From NCBI GenBank assembly GCA_963662655.2, contig CAXXTU010000002.1:1120001-1184000 (forward strand): a DNA stretch of 64,000 bases, written 5' to 3'. Numbering within the stretch: the first letter of the stretch is position 1; the number at the start of each line of letters is the position of its first letter. A program made the position numbers and the translations under genes. Source of the stretch: Candidatus Cloacimonadales bacterium. Lineage in GTDB: Bacteria; Cloacimonadota; Cloacimonadia; Cloacimonadales; JAIOQZ01. The notes beneath the pieces are model-generated. The model saw nothing but the letters and a program-made list of their open reading frames with translations, was not told where the DNA came from and did not search any database. Below are positions 39,161 through 48,787 of the stretch, piece by piece.

Positions 39161-40135
39161 CTAAAGGGTGATATTATTGTGTTTCAGGTACCATTGACAG
39201 GTCTTTGCGATCTCTTCTTCGATCGTGTACCGCTGAACATAGCCGGCTTCGCGGATTTTCTCGCTGTAATAAAACGTTGCCGTGTTCAGTTTGTACATTC
39301 TCTCGCTGTTGATGGGAAGATCCTTGTTGAGGATTTTGCCCAGGACATCGAATATCTTGCCGACACTGTAGGCGAGTCCGTATGGAATTTTGAAAGCAGG
39401 GTAGCGGAATCCCTTGTTCGAAGCGATGAGCTGCATCAACTGACGGACAGTGATGTATGGCTTGTCGATGCAGTTATAGATTTCGAGGCCCGGCTTGAGC
39501 CTGTCGATGGCGAAGATTATCATATCGATGAAATTCGAGAGCGAAACCATCGATTTCACGTGGCTGCCCTCGTCGATCGTAGCCCAGGGACGCCTGTGGA
39601 GCATGTCGATCAGGTTGTACATGTTCGCGCTGTTATAGGGGCCATAAATGATGGACGGCCTCAGGAAAATGACTTCACGTCCAGGAACTTTCTCCATCCA
39701 TTCCTTCACCGCGTTTTCACCTTCCAGCTTGGATGCGCCGTAATAGTGGTTCGGCCGCAGTTCGCCATCCTCATCACAAGGCTTCACCTGATGGCCGTAT
39801 ACGCCGACGGTGCTTACGTAGATCATCCGGTTAACATTCGTGGCCCAATCGCAAAGCTCTACGGTCGCTTGCAGGTTATTGAGGTAGTACTCTTCCCTCG
39901 TCAACCCGAAATCATGCTTTTCTGCGGCGCAGTGGATGATCAAGTCAAGACTCGATTGATCGATACGACACAAATCTTCCCGGCTGAGCAGATTGCCGAA
40001 AACCGTAGCAGGATGCGATTTAATCGCGCACTCTTTCTTCTTATCTATCCCAACGACCTGATGGCCGAGTTGCTCCAGTTCCCACATGAGTCGGGAACCG
40101 ACGAAGCCGGTAGAGCCAGTTATCAAAACCTTCAT
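39161..40135 (-). CDS. NAD-dependent epimerase/dehydratase
   Basis: ITGSTGFVG, STVGVYG and YGASK motifs; AAGGA SD before ATG 40135. Confidence 0.9.
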   Translation of the reverse strand: MKVLITGSTGFVGSRLMWELEQLGHQVVGIDKKKECAIKSHPATVFGNLLSREDLCRIDQSSLDLIIHCAAEKHDFGLTREEYYLNNLQATVELCDWATNVNRMIYVSTVGVYGHQVKPCDEDGELRPNHYYGASKLEGENAVKEWMEKVPGREVIFLRPSIIYGPYNSANMYNLIDMLHRRPWATIDEGSHVKSMVSLSNFIDMIIFAIDRLKPGLEIYNCIDKPYITVRQLMQLIASNKGFRYPAFKIPYGLAYSVGKIFDVLGKILNKDLPINSERMYKLNTATFYYSEKIREAGYVQRYTIEEEIAKTCQWYLKHNNITL

Positions 40136-40271
40136 TAACGTATCCTTGCCTGCGATCTGCATGAGTCATGTTTACACACGAATTCAACTCGAACCATTGG
40201 CTGATTTTTGTAATTTTTGTCAACTCTCGATCAATGCAATCTCGCGACAAACATGCATTCGTCCACTCGCC

Positions 40272-40458
40272 GCGCGGCGGGGCGGCGTTGAAAAGCCCTC
40301 ATTCCATTTTCAATCCCGCTCTCAGAATCGGCACCAAGTTCACCCCCGGTCATGCGCTGAAGACTGTTAGGCTTTTCTGAATGCAAGAGTTGTCGCTTGC
40401 GCAACAAGCGACAACTCTTGCATTCGGTGCGCGAAGCGCACACGCCGCCCCGCCGCGC
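40272..40458. repeat. Family-1 structured intergenic element, copy B
   Basis: 17-bp terminal IR (40272-40288 / 40442-40458) enclosing a GAAAAGCC/GGCTTTTC stem, a perfect 21-bp-arm hairpin (40379-40425) and GTGCGC-GAA-GCGCAC. Confidence 0.88.
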
Positions 40459-40508
40459 TGGTGGGCAACATCTTCGAGTCGGTGCCTCGTTTGCTACCGG
40501 AAAACCCG

Positions 40509-41969
40509 TTATTGCTCGACTTCCGAAAACTTATCGACTTGAAAAATGTAGATCTCCGTATCGGGGTCCTTGAATGCGTCGGGTGAAATCCCCGCCTTGT
40601 GCGCGCACAGACTTCCGAGGAAAGTCGGCAAATCCCAACCCGTTTCCGTTGCGACCTGCGGCAGGTATACACCGCTCGCATAGCCTTTACGCACCCACAC
40701 CCCATCGGTTCCCAGGCGTATCGACTGCCAGTCGGAAATCCGCTGCATGGGACTCAGCACCGATATCTCGATGGTTATCCTGTCCAGCTCGGCGGAAGTA
40801 ACCTGCGAGAACCTCGGATCGTGGAACGCTGCGGAGAAAGCCATGTTGTTAACCGCCTGATAAAGGGGTTCTCTGGCAATCATTTGCCCGATACACCCCC
40901 GCAGATTCTGACCCTTGTTCAGCGTAACAAAGACAGCCCGTTCCGCGCACAACTCCTGGTCGTCCGGTCGCTCCGGGTTATGCTTCTTGCCTGTTTTCAT
41001 GTAGGTTTCGATGCTGGTTCGAGCGAGCTTGAGAAGGTATTCCCTCTGCTTGTCGTTCATTGAATGCTCCTCCTGCTTTTTCTGATAAAATACAATCGAG
41101 CTGTAGCCGACTACCCGGCTCGACGAGGTATCACCCACGGCGTCTCCTGAATTCGCGTACTTGAGAAGAGCGCTCTCCTCCGCGCCGTAGTACTTCATGA
41201 TGTCGATGAAGACCATGAGAGAGCTATAACCGCAAAGCTCGCAATCGCCGTTCTCGATCGCGCGCCCCAATTGTTCCCAATCCTTTCCGGTAATCAAATC
41301 GATTGTCCGCCTGTCCATGTTCATCGCGGTTCGATAATCGTGGTAGTGTGACATATCCGAACTCTCGACGATCAATACTCGCTTACCGCTTTGTCGGATC
41401 GCTTCGATAATGGCCGAGGAAAGCTTCTTCAACAGCTTTTTGTCGCGCGTGGAGGTGATGACGGGAACGATCCTGAAATCGTTCAATCGATGCTGCAAGA
41501 ACGGCAACTGCGCATCGTTACTGTGCTCCTTTAGATGCAGCTTTGGCTGACTGACAAAGCGTTTATCGGCGCTTATTATACTTTTAAAGATATCGTTATC
41601 GATAGGTACTTCACCTAAAGGTGTAGAATATGAATCGCAATCATATATGCTTACAATGTCTTCGAGATAATGATGGCTGGATCCAAGTAGAATGACCGTA
41701 TCGAAATCGCCCGGAGAAACCAGCGAATATCCATACGCCGCTACCTGCCCGGAATACACGTATCCCGCATGCGGAGAAAGAATCCCACAGAGCTTTATCG
41801 ATCGAAGCGAATCCGGCAGGTCAGCGTTCGCGAAAAAGCCATCGAGCATATTCGTCAGTTCATCGGGATTATCAGGATACCACATTCCTGCAACCGCTGG
41901 CTTTCGTACCTGGCACGAGAGCAATATAGTGCTCAGTAAAAATGCGATGGCGAGGATTCGATGCTTCAT
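40509..41969 (-). CDS. amrB/amrA: AmmeMemoRadiSam protein B (MEMO1-like) fused to protein A (AMMECR1-like)
   Basis: RKPAVAGMWYP, SPHAGYVYSG, EHS and SSDMSHY; then VFVTL...LRGCIG, DPRF and YLPQVA. Start ATG 41969 with AGGAG SD. Confidence 0.9.
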   Translation of the reverse strand: MKHRILAIAFLLSTILLSCQVRKPAVAGMWYPDNPDELTNMLDGFFANADLPDSLRSIKLCGILSPHAGYVYSGQVAAYGYSLVSPGDFDTVILLGSSHHYLEDIVSIYDCDSYSTPLGEVPIDNDIFKSIISADKRFVSQPKLHLKEHSNDAQLPFLQHRLNDFRIVPVITSTRDKKLLKKLSSAIIEAIRQSGKRVLIVESSDMSHYHDYRTAMNMDRRTIDLITGKDWEQLGRAIENGDCELCGYSSLMVFIDIMKYYGAEESALLKYANSGDAVGDTSSSRVVGYSSIVFYQKKQEEHSMNDKQREYLLKLARTSIETYMKTGKKHNPERPDDQELCAERAVFVTLNKGQNLRGCIGQMIAREPLYQAVNNMAFSAAFHDPRFSQVTSAELDRITIEISVLSPMQRISDWQSIRLGTDGVWVRKGYASGVYLPQVATETGWDLPTFLGSLCAHKAGISPDAFKDPDTEIYIFQVDKFSEVEQ

Positions 41970-42021
41970 GGTTACTCCTGATTTGATTTGCGACCAGTAC
42001 AATACGATTGCAAGCTTTTTC

Positions 42022-44118
42022 TCATATTTTCCTCGAGATGACTCCAGAAACAAGCATTGCAACGGTGATCACCAGGCAAAAGACAATTGTCAATCTGATC
42101 CCACCAACCGGAATGAGGAAAAGTCCGGCGCCAAGGCCACCGACCATCGCCCCAAGGCTGTCCAGGTGATAGAACACAGCCGCCGTTTGTTCAACGGAAT
42201 CCATTCGATCGAGGAGGAGCTTGAGATTCGCTCCTTCACAGAACGCGATCGCGAAATTCATGATCAGCAACACAATCACAGGGATAACAGAAGAGGACGT
42301 TAGCAGAATCGACGCTTGCACGATCATGCTCAGGAGCAGCAGACGACGATAGGCTCCCCTGCCAATCGAGACGAGAAAACCCGCGCTGAGTCCAGCCATG
42401 AAAAACGTGGCGAACAACGCGACATACAGATATATCGTTCCATAGCGAGCCTGCAACAGATAGATGAGACAAAGCTGCAAGATGAATGTAATGAAGCTGA
42501 CAAGGAACAGATTGTAGCCAACAAGGTTCTTCCCGGCCCTGCGGAATGCAAAGGCAGGTATCACACTCAACAGCAAGAAAACTGCCAAGAGGAGATATTT
42601 GTATCGTTTACTCCCGCTCGTACCCCATTTTACGCCCAGCTTCTCCAGCCAGATCCCGATGCTCTGGAGATACACCTGAGGATTTGTGATCGAGTTGATG
42701 ATCTTTACCTCTTCAAACTGCGCCATTTGCCCGATTCGCAAATAATTACAACGAGAAAAGATCAGCGCTTCGTTGAAAATCTCCCACTGGGGCGGCAAGC
42801 TCACGCTCCGCGAGACCAGCGTGTCAATCTCACAGGAGATGTAGCGCCCCGGCGAGCCGACGAACAGATTCCTTAATGCCGGGATGATGACATAGTTCGG
42901 GAAAACCTCCGAGAAGGTTTTTTCGAAAATCCGATTCATCTTCGTCTGCGACTCCGTCATCGCGTTTTCGCCATTATCCAGCGCGATAACAATAACTGAA
43001 AGGTTATCTTCCAGCGCATATCTAAATGATTCAATGAATTCGATCGTGTAATATCGATTCAAAGCAAGCGTTTGCGGATCGGACTCATCGACAATTACCA
43101 TGTCGTAGCGCTGCTTTGTATTCCTGATGTATTGCATAGGATCCGCCTGCTGGACGTTGAGCTTGCGGTCATCCATGATCCCTTTCTGGAATCGCTGGGC
43201 AAGCAGCGGATTAACCTCTAAGACATCGATCCGGCCAACGCTTTCGCATAGGGACAATTGATGCGGCAGGCCATTGAACAAATTTCCGATGTAAAGGATC
43301 CTTCCAGGGTTGGGATGCTGCAACAAGCAGAATCCCGCGATTTCCTCCGGATAGCGCTTCTCCCCACTGCTTCCTATGATCTGCCCGTTCAGGTAAATAT
43401 TCTCCTGCCCATTATACCGCGTAACATCCAGTCTTCCGTATGGGGAATCGTCCGTATCCACAATACATTCTGGCTGATATCGATTGGCGTTGATTCGTTG
43501 ATACCCAAAGAACGAAACGCTCGCCACCAGTAAGGCGAAAAGTGCAACCGCCCACCGATAGCGATGAAACGAAGCAAACGCAACGTACAGCCCAACGGCT
43601 AACGTTATTCCAATAAGCAGCAACTGCTGAGTAACAATCTGAATCCCTGCAATAAACAGTATACCCCCCGTGGCAAATCCAAGGCTTTCAAGCAGATATC
43701 CCCGGCGAATGACACGTTTGAGATCGCTCTCGCTGATGGCTTGCTTACGGCAGAGTAGCGGAAACAGTATTCCACTCAAGATACAAGTTGGCAGCATGAC
43801 GATCGTTACAAGCAGGAAAATCGCAGGAATATCCAGTAATTCACCCGTGACGGGTTGCATCAGGGTAGAGATCGGGCGAATGAGAATAAACGTCCCCTGC
43901 ACAGCAAGCATGAGCAGAAGGAAAACCGGGCCGGTATATCGTTGGGTCTTGCCGAAGATACGCACACGTGACAACACGGATCCAGCGGCCACAAAGCCGA
44001 GCCACAGGGACAGCATCACCGTCAGGATCATCTCATTGCCACCTGTGCAGCTCATCAATTCACGAATGAATACCGTTTGAGCAAGGAAGGTAATCAGGCC
44101 AAGCTGGAAAAAGGGCAT
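42022..44118 (-). CDS. Membrane protein with spermidine-synthase-like domain between two TM bundles
   Basis: RELM...GNE, YLLESLG, DSPYGRL, LLQHPNP.RIL, YDMVIVD..DP...NRYYT.EF and YHLDSLGA; start ATG 44118. Confidence 0.8.
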   Translation of the reverse strand: MPFFQLGLITFLAQTVFIRELMSCTGGNEMILTVMLSLWLGFVAAGSVLSRVRIFGKTQRYTGPVFLLLMLAVQGTFILIRPISTLMQPVTGELLDIPAIFLLVTIVMLPTCILSGILFPLLCRKQAISESDLKRVIRRGYLLESLGFATGGILFIAGIQIVTQQLLLIGITLAVGLYVAFASFHRYRWAVALFALLVASVSFFGYQRINANRYQPECIVDTDDSPYGRLDVTRYNGQENIYLNGQIIGSSGEKRYPEEIAGFCLLQHPNPGRILYIGNLFNGLPHQLSLCESVGRIDVLEVNPLLAQRFQKGIMDDRKLNVQQADPMQYIRNTKQRYDMVIVDESDPQTLALNRYYTIEFIESFRYALEDNLSVIVIALDNGENAMTESQTKMNRIFEKTFSEVFPNYVIIPALRNLFVGSPGRYISCEIDTLVSRSVSLPPQWEIFNEALIFSRCNYLRIGQMAQFEEVKIINSITNPQVYLQSIGIWLEKLGVKWGTSGSKRYKYLLLAVFLLLSVIPAFAFRRAGKNLVGYNLFLVSFITFILQLCLIYLLQARYGTIYLYVALFATFFMAGLSAGFLVSIGRGAYRRLLLLSMIVQASILLTSSSVIPVIVLLIMNFAIAFCEGANLKLLLDRMDSVEQTAAVFYHLDSLGAMVGGLGAGLFLIPVGGIRLTIVFCLVITVAMLVSGVISRKI

Positions 44119-44123
44119 CTCAC

Positions 44124-45215
44124 CTACTCTTCGGGCGCATTGAAGCGACCGTATATCTTGTAATCGCAATACTTGCAGCAGCCATTCACAATGTCCACGC
44201 GATTGATCCGGTATCCGCTGCGATCGATAAGAAGGCGCCCACAATTGGGGCAATACGTGTCCTCTTTGTCCGTCTGCAAATTACCGAGATAGACATAGTG
44301 CAATCCCTCTTCCTTAGCGATCGTATAGGCCATCTCGAGTGTATTGACCGGAGTTGCGGGACGATTCATCAAGCGGTAGTTGGGAAAGAACCGGCTTAAG
44401 TGCAGCGGGAACTCGGGCCCAACCTCCTCGATCATCCACCTACACATCTCCCGGATCGTCTCGGGATCGTCGTTCGCAGTCGGAATGATCAGATTTGTGA
44501 TCTCCATTTCGATTCCAGATTGCGCGCATTGTATTATTGTTCTGAGAACCGGCTGAAGGCTTCCCGTGGTATAGGTCGTATAAAAATCTTCGGAGAAGCC
44601 CTTTAGATCGATGTTGGCGGCGTCCAGATAGGGCAGCAGCATTTTCAGCGGCTCCTCGTTGATATATCCGCAAGATACCCACACAGTCTTCAGGCCGGCT
44701 TCCTTTGCAAGCTTTGCAATATCGAGCATGTACTCGTAGTAGACCGTTGGTTCCGTGTAGGTAAATGCAATGCTTCGGCAATCGTTCTCTCTTGCCAACT
44801 CGATAATCTCGCAAGGCTGCGCGGGACGGTCACGGAGCTCGTCAGGAGCTGATTGCGATATTTCCCAATTCTGGCAGAAATTGCAGCGCAGGTTGCATCC
44901 TGCCGTGGCCAGCGAAAGAATCTTTGTCCCCGGCAGGAAATGGAAGAGCGGTTTCTTCTCGATGGGATCCACGTGGATGGCTACCGGTCGGGCATAGTTG
45001 GTTGCATACAGTTTGCCGTCGATGTTTTTGCGTACCCGACATGTTCCCGATTTCCCTTTGGCAATCGTGCATCGCAATGGACACAGGTTGCATCGAACCT
45101 GCCTGCCATCGAGCTTTTCGTAAAACATCGCTTCACGGACGGGAACACTCTTGGCTCCAATGAGTAGCGTGAGAAGTAAACTCATGATCAGCCAGATTCT
45201 TACGCGAGCTTTCAT
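44124..45215 (-). CDS. amrS: AmmeMemoRadiSam radical SAM enzyme
   Basis: CNLCPLRC, DPIEKKPLFHF.PG, CNLRCNFCQNWEISQ, FTYTEP and DAANIDLK. Confidence 0.93.
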   Translation of the reverse strand: MKARVRIWLIMSLLLTLLIGAKSVPVREAMFYEKLDGRQVRCNLCPLRCTIAKGKSGTCRVRKNIDGKLYATNYARPVAIHVDPIEKKPLFHFLPGTKILSLATAGCNLRCNFCQNWEISQSAPDELRDRPAQPCEIIELARENDCRSIAFTYTEPTVYYEYMLDIAKLAKEAGLKTVWVSCGYINEEPLKMLLPYLDAANIDLKGFSEDFYTTYTTGSLQPVLRTIIQCAQSGIEMEITNLIIPTANDDPETIREMCRWMIEEVGPEFPLHLSRFFPNYRLMNRPATPVNTLEMAYTIAKEEGLHYVYLGNLQTDKEDTYCPNCGRLLIDRSGYRINRVDIVNGCCKYCDYKIYGRFNAPEE

Positions 45216-45275
45216 ATCGGCCTCCCGTCATGATAATGATCGTCCGCAGTTCCATGTCAAGGTTTTGCCTTTCAG

Positions 45276-45439
45276 TCTTTTCCAGCGAGGGGAACTGCCG
45301 CTCGTTCAAGAATATCATCCAAGCCCCTGGATGCATACGTATGCATCCAGGGGCTTCGTGCGCGAAGCGCACGCGCCGCCCCGCCGCGCGAGCGTGCTCA
45401 GCAGACTCCAGGTTTCGTGGCTTCCCTCGCTGGAAAAGA
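45276..45439. repeat. Family-1 structured intergenic element, copy C (lacks the left GC arm)
   Basis: 36-bp perfect palindrome 45321-45356, then GTGCGC-GAA-GCGCAC-g-CGCCGCCCCGCCGCG, inside a 16-bp IR (45276-45291 / 45424-45439). Confidence 0.8.
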
Positions 45440-45465
45440 AAAAGAGCGCCCGAGATGGACGCTCT
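45434..45465 (-). terminator. Intrinsic terminator
   Basis: Minus strand AGAGCGTCC-atctc-GGGCGCTCT-TTTTCTTTT. Confidence 0.7.
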
Positions 45466-45512
45466 CCTAGTGCTTTAGCAAGCCGTGCGTTCAACAAGCA
45501 CTCCAACGCGAT

Positions 45513-48500
45513 TTATTTCAATAACAGCATCTTCTTTGTAGATGTGTAACGTCCGGCTTTCATCCGGTATAAATAAACGCCCGACGCGCATTGACTTCCT
45601 TTCTCGTCCAGGCCGTTCCATACGATCCGGTAATTACCTTCCGCCATCACTTCATTACAGAGGGTTTGTACCTTCTGACCGCGGGTGTTGAATATCTCCA
45701 GCGCTACTTTCTCCGACTGCGCGATCGAGAAACGAATCTCTGTCTCGGGTTGAAGGGATTTGGAGAATTCTGCATCAGCATCGACGTCGTTGGCACTGGG
45801 ATATCTTCCTCGGAAGTGCCCATGACCACGCCAAACCAGTCCAGCACATCCTCGATCATCTCCTCGCGCACATCGTCCGAAGTGACCTGCGACAAATCGA
45901 AGGAGAAGTAGAATCCCTTGTAAATGAAGTTATCGATCCACGTTGCACACACGCCGTGATAGAGGTACGCCTGACCGTTAATCGGGCCGTCCTCGAACAT
46001 GTACGCGTTATGCGAACCGATCTCGGGATTCTGAACAACATCCTCGTACCAGCTCGGGCACGCATCCTTCTCGAAGAGACAGTCGGGAGTATTTGCGTAA
46101 ACCGATATCTCGTCCCCCTCGTTGCCAACCGGCGAATCGTCGAGGCAGACAATCGATCCGTTGGCGTAACCAATGTAGTCCGGACCGGCCAGACCGTTTG
46201 TTCCGCCACCGATTCCCGTTCCGATGTAGGATGTGCGGAAATACGCCGTCAGGAGAAGTTTGCGCGGATCGCTGTTCGGAGTTCCGCTTTGTGAATAGGC
46301 AAAGTTGTCGGAAGCAAAATATACGTTCTTCGGCTCATTGGCCGTTCCCGAATCCATAAACTCAACCAGCGCGGTTGAAAGCGTGTCGCTGTCCTCTCCG
46401 GGAGAACCGGAATTCGCGAAAGCGATAATGCTGGTGTATTGTGCCGGGAAGCGGTATGACTCGTATTCCTGCCAGTCGTAGATATCGTAATCGACCTCGA
46501 GGTTGTCCAGGATATCGATGTAAACCGGCAGCTCGACATGCTCGTAATCCTGCGATCCCGAATACGCCAGCAGCACCTTTGTTTCTGAGGTTGGCAATGT
46601 TGTGAGCGAGAACACATCATCCGGAGCGCCGCAAGGAAGCGTCGAAGCATTGCCCAGTTCGTCTGTAGCGCTGAAGTAGTACTCGAAGGTCAATCCCGAA
46701 CCAATCTCCTGCACCGTGAAATGATGAAGATTGCCCTGTACGTCGTCCGGCGAAACCGTTTCCCATTCGCCGTCGTAGCGATAGTGCAGGTTCGCTGAAT
46801 CGATCGCGGACATATCGACGATGTTCGCTTCGAACTCGATTGTCGAATTGAATGTGTTGCTCAATTCCTCATGAACGATAACCGGTGGCTGGACATCTTC
46901 TCCCGGGTAGAAGCGTATCGCCAGTTCGTTGTGCGGAAGGTTCCCTTCCGGCTCGAACCCCTGCCAGACGCTTCCCGAGACCAGCTCTCGCAGATAGCAC
47001 AAGCCAATATCGGCTGTCTCATTCTGGATCGCGATGGTCGAGCTCTGTCCGTAATTATGGGGAGCGTTTGTTCCTGTCTGGCCGGTTGCTACATTTTGGT
47101 ATTGCATCAGGATATCGCCACTCTCGTAAAGGATCACTTCGAAATTCAGATAGTCTTGCAAGCCCGTTCCCGAATGAAAACGGAAATCGTGCCACTGAAT
47201 CACGCAGTAACGATTGGGAGCGACGCCAAAGGTCTCGTAGTAGATGTCTCCCACTCCTTCATCCGCTTCCAAGTCATCCCAGTAAACGGAGATAAGGGCC
47301 GGCATCTGCGAATACCCGGGGATTGGGTAGGTCCAATTGAACACGTTGCCGTCGTTGCCCCAGCCATTGTTCGGATAATCCTGATACCATGTGTTGTCGG
47401 CAAGGAGCATTTCACCGTTGGTGTCCACGTAAAACGTTTCGTACGTCGATCCGTAAAACGGAAATCCGAAGCCGAACTCGATGGGAGCGGACATGTTGTC
47501 GTCGCCATAAAAGGCGTTCACACCATACATTATCGCGGAAGACCCAGTCGAAGAGATATCGATCCAGTTGTACTCGGGCCCGTCTTCCGTTTCGCTATCG
47601 ATCCAAGAATAACCAAAATCGTCCGGTCCGCCTTCCCCGTAATGCTGGGCAACGATGAATTCCGCAGAAATTTCGTTATTGCTCTCGTCGCCGTCCTCGA
47701 GATCGATCGTGAACGTTATCTCGTAATTGCCTTCCATATCCGGCGTACAGGCAACCGGGAAAGTGTACTCGATCGCCTCTCCCGCTCCGATCGTTTGCTC
47801 GCAAGTAGCCGTCTCTTCATAGAAGACTTCCTCTTGTGAATCGATTATCTGGCAGCTTACGTCGAATGAACTCGACATAGCGCCCGTGCCGTCATTGTAT
47901 ATGGAAAACGTGGGATTGATCTCAAGATCGAGATAGGTCATGACCATTGGGACAACCGTGCCCTGGGCTATCAGATCGATTTCCGGAGCTTGCTCCACGA
48001 TCACTTGCACTTCGTCGCTTGCAGACGAATTCTCATTCGTGATCGTGAATGTCAGCGTCTCCGTTCCAAACCAGTCAGGCGAAGAAAACGCGACATCGTA
48101 ATCTTCAATGGATACGCCGATATTGTTGTTCCCGGAAACGGTGAGTTCCGCATTATCGGGTTGCGCATTGTTTACATAAGGAAGAAAATCGACCGTCAAT
48201 CCTTCTCCCTGTACAAAGGCAAAGTTTTCCGGTAAATCGATCTCCGGCTCCACATTGCCGATCGATCCCACGAACACGTCGTCAATCACGATTCCGTACG
48301 TGTCGCACTCCCACATAAAAGCGAGGTATACGTCCTGATTGACGTAATCCTCCAGGGAAATGCTGTATCGCTGGTATGTCGGATCCAGCTCGTCCGTATC
48401 CAGCAATGTGTAATCAAAATCGTTTATTTGCGGATCTTCGTTGGAAAGAAGAACCTGCAAGTTTTCCGAACTGAACCAGGATCGCGCGTAGAAATGTAAC

Positions 48501-48769
48501 GAATCCCCCTCTTCAACCGTGAATTGGGTGGTAATCAACCAGTCTACGCTCTCGTTCGGGAAGTAATTCTCACAGAACATCGCATGCGAACCGCCATGAG
48601 CGTAAGGCTCGTTATCGATAACATGCCACTCGCGTCCATCGCCATCATCGTCGATGACGATCCATCCTGTCGGCGTCGTTCCCGATTCGAAATCCTCATG
48701 GATCTCCCAATCTGCAAACGCCATTCCTGTCAATGCGATCAGAAACATCGCAAATAAAATCTTCTTCAT
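45513..48769 (-). CDS. Large secreted protein (cleaved-adhesin/choice-of-anchor-J-like, Ig/CARDB-like domains) with T9SS-type CTD interrupted by a 1-nt frameshift near 45747
   Basis: Signal peptide; EDFE...GWIVIDDDGDG...DWLIT; GGPDDFGYSWIDS. After NSPNPFNP the CTD continues in another frame (ETEIRFSIAQSEKVALEIFNTRGQKV...SGVYLYRMKAG...KKMLLLK) to TAA at 45513-45515. Confidence 0.8.
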
Positions 48770-48787
48770 CTCAGCCTCCTGCGTAAT

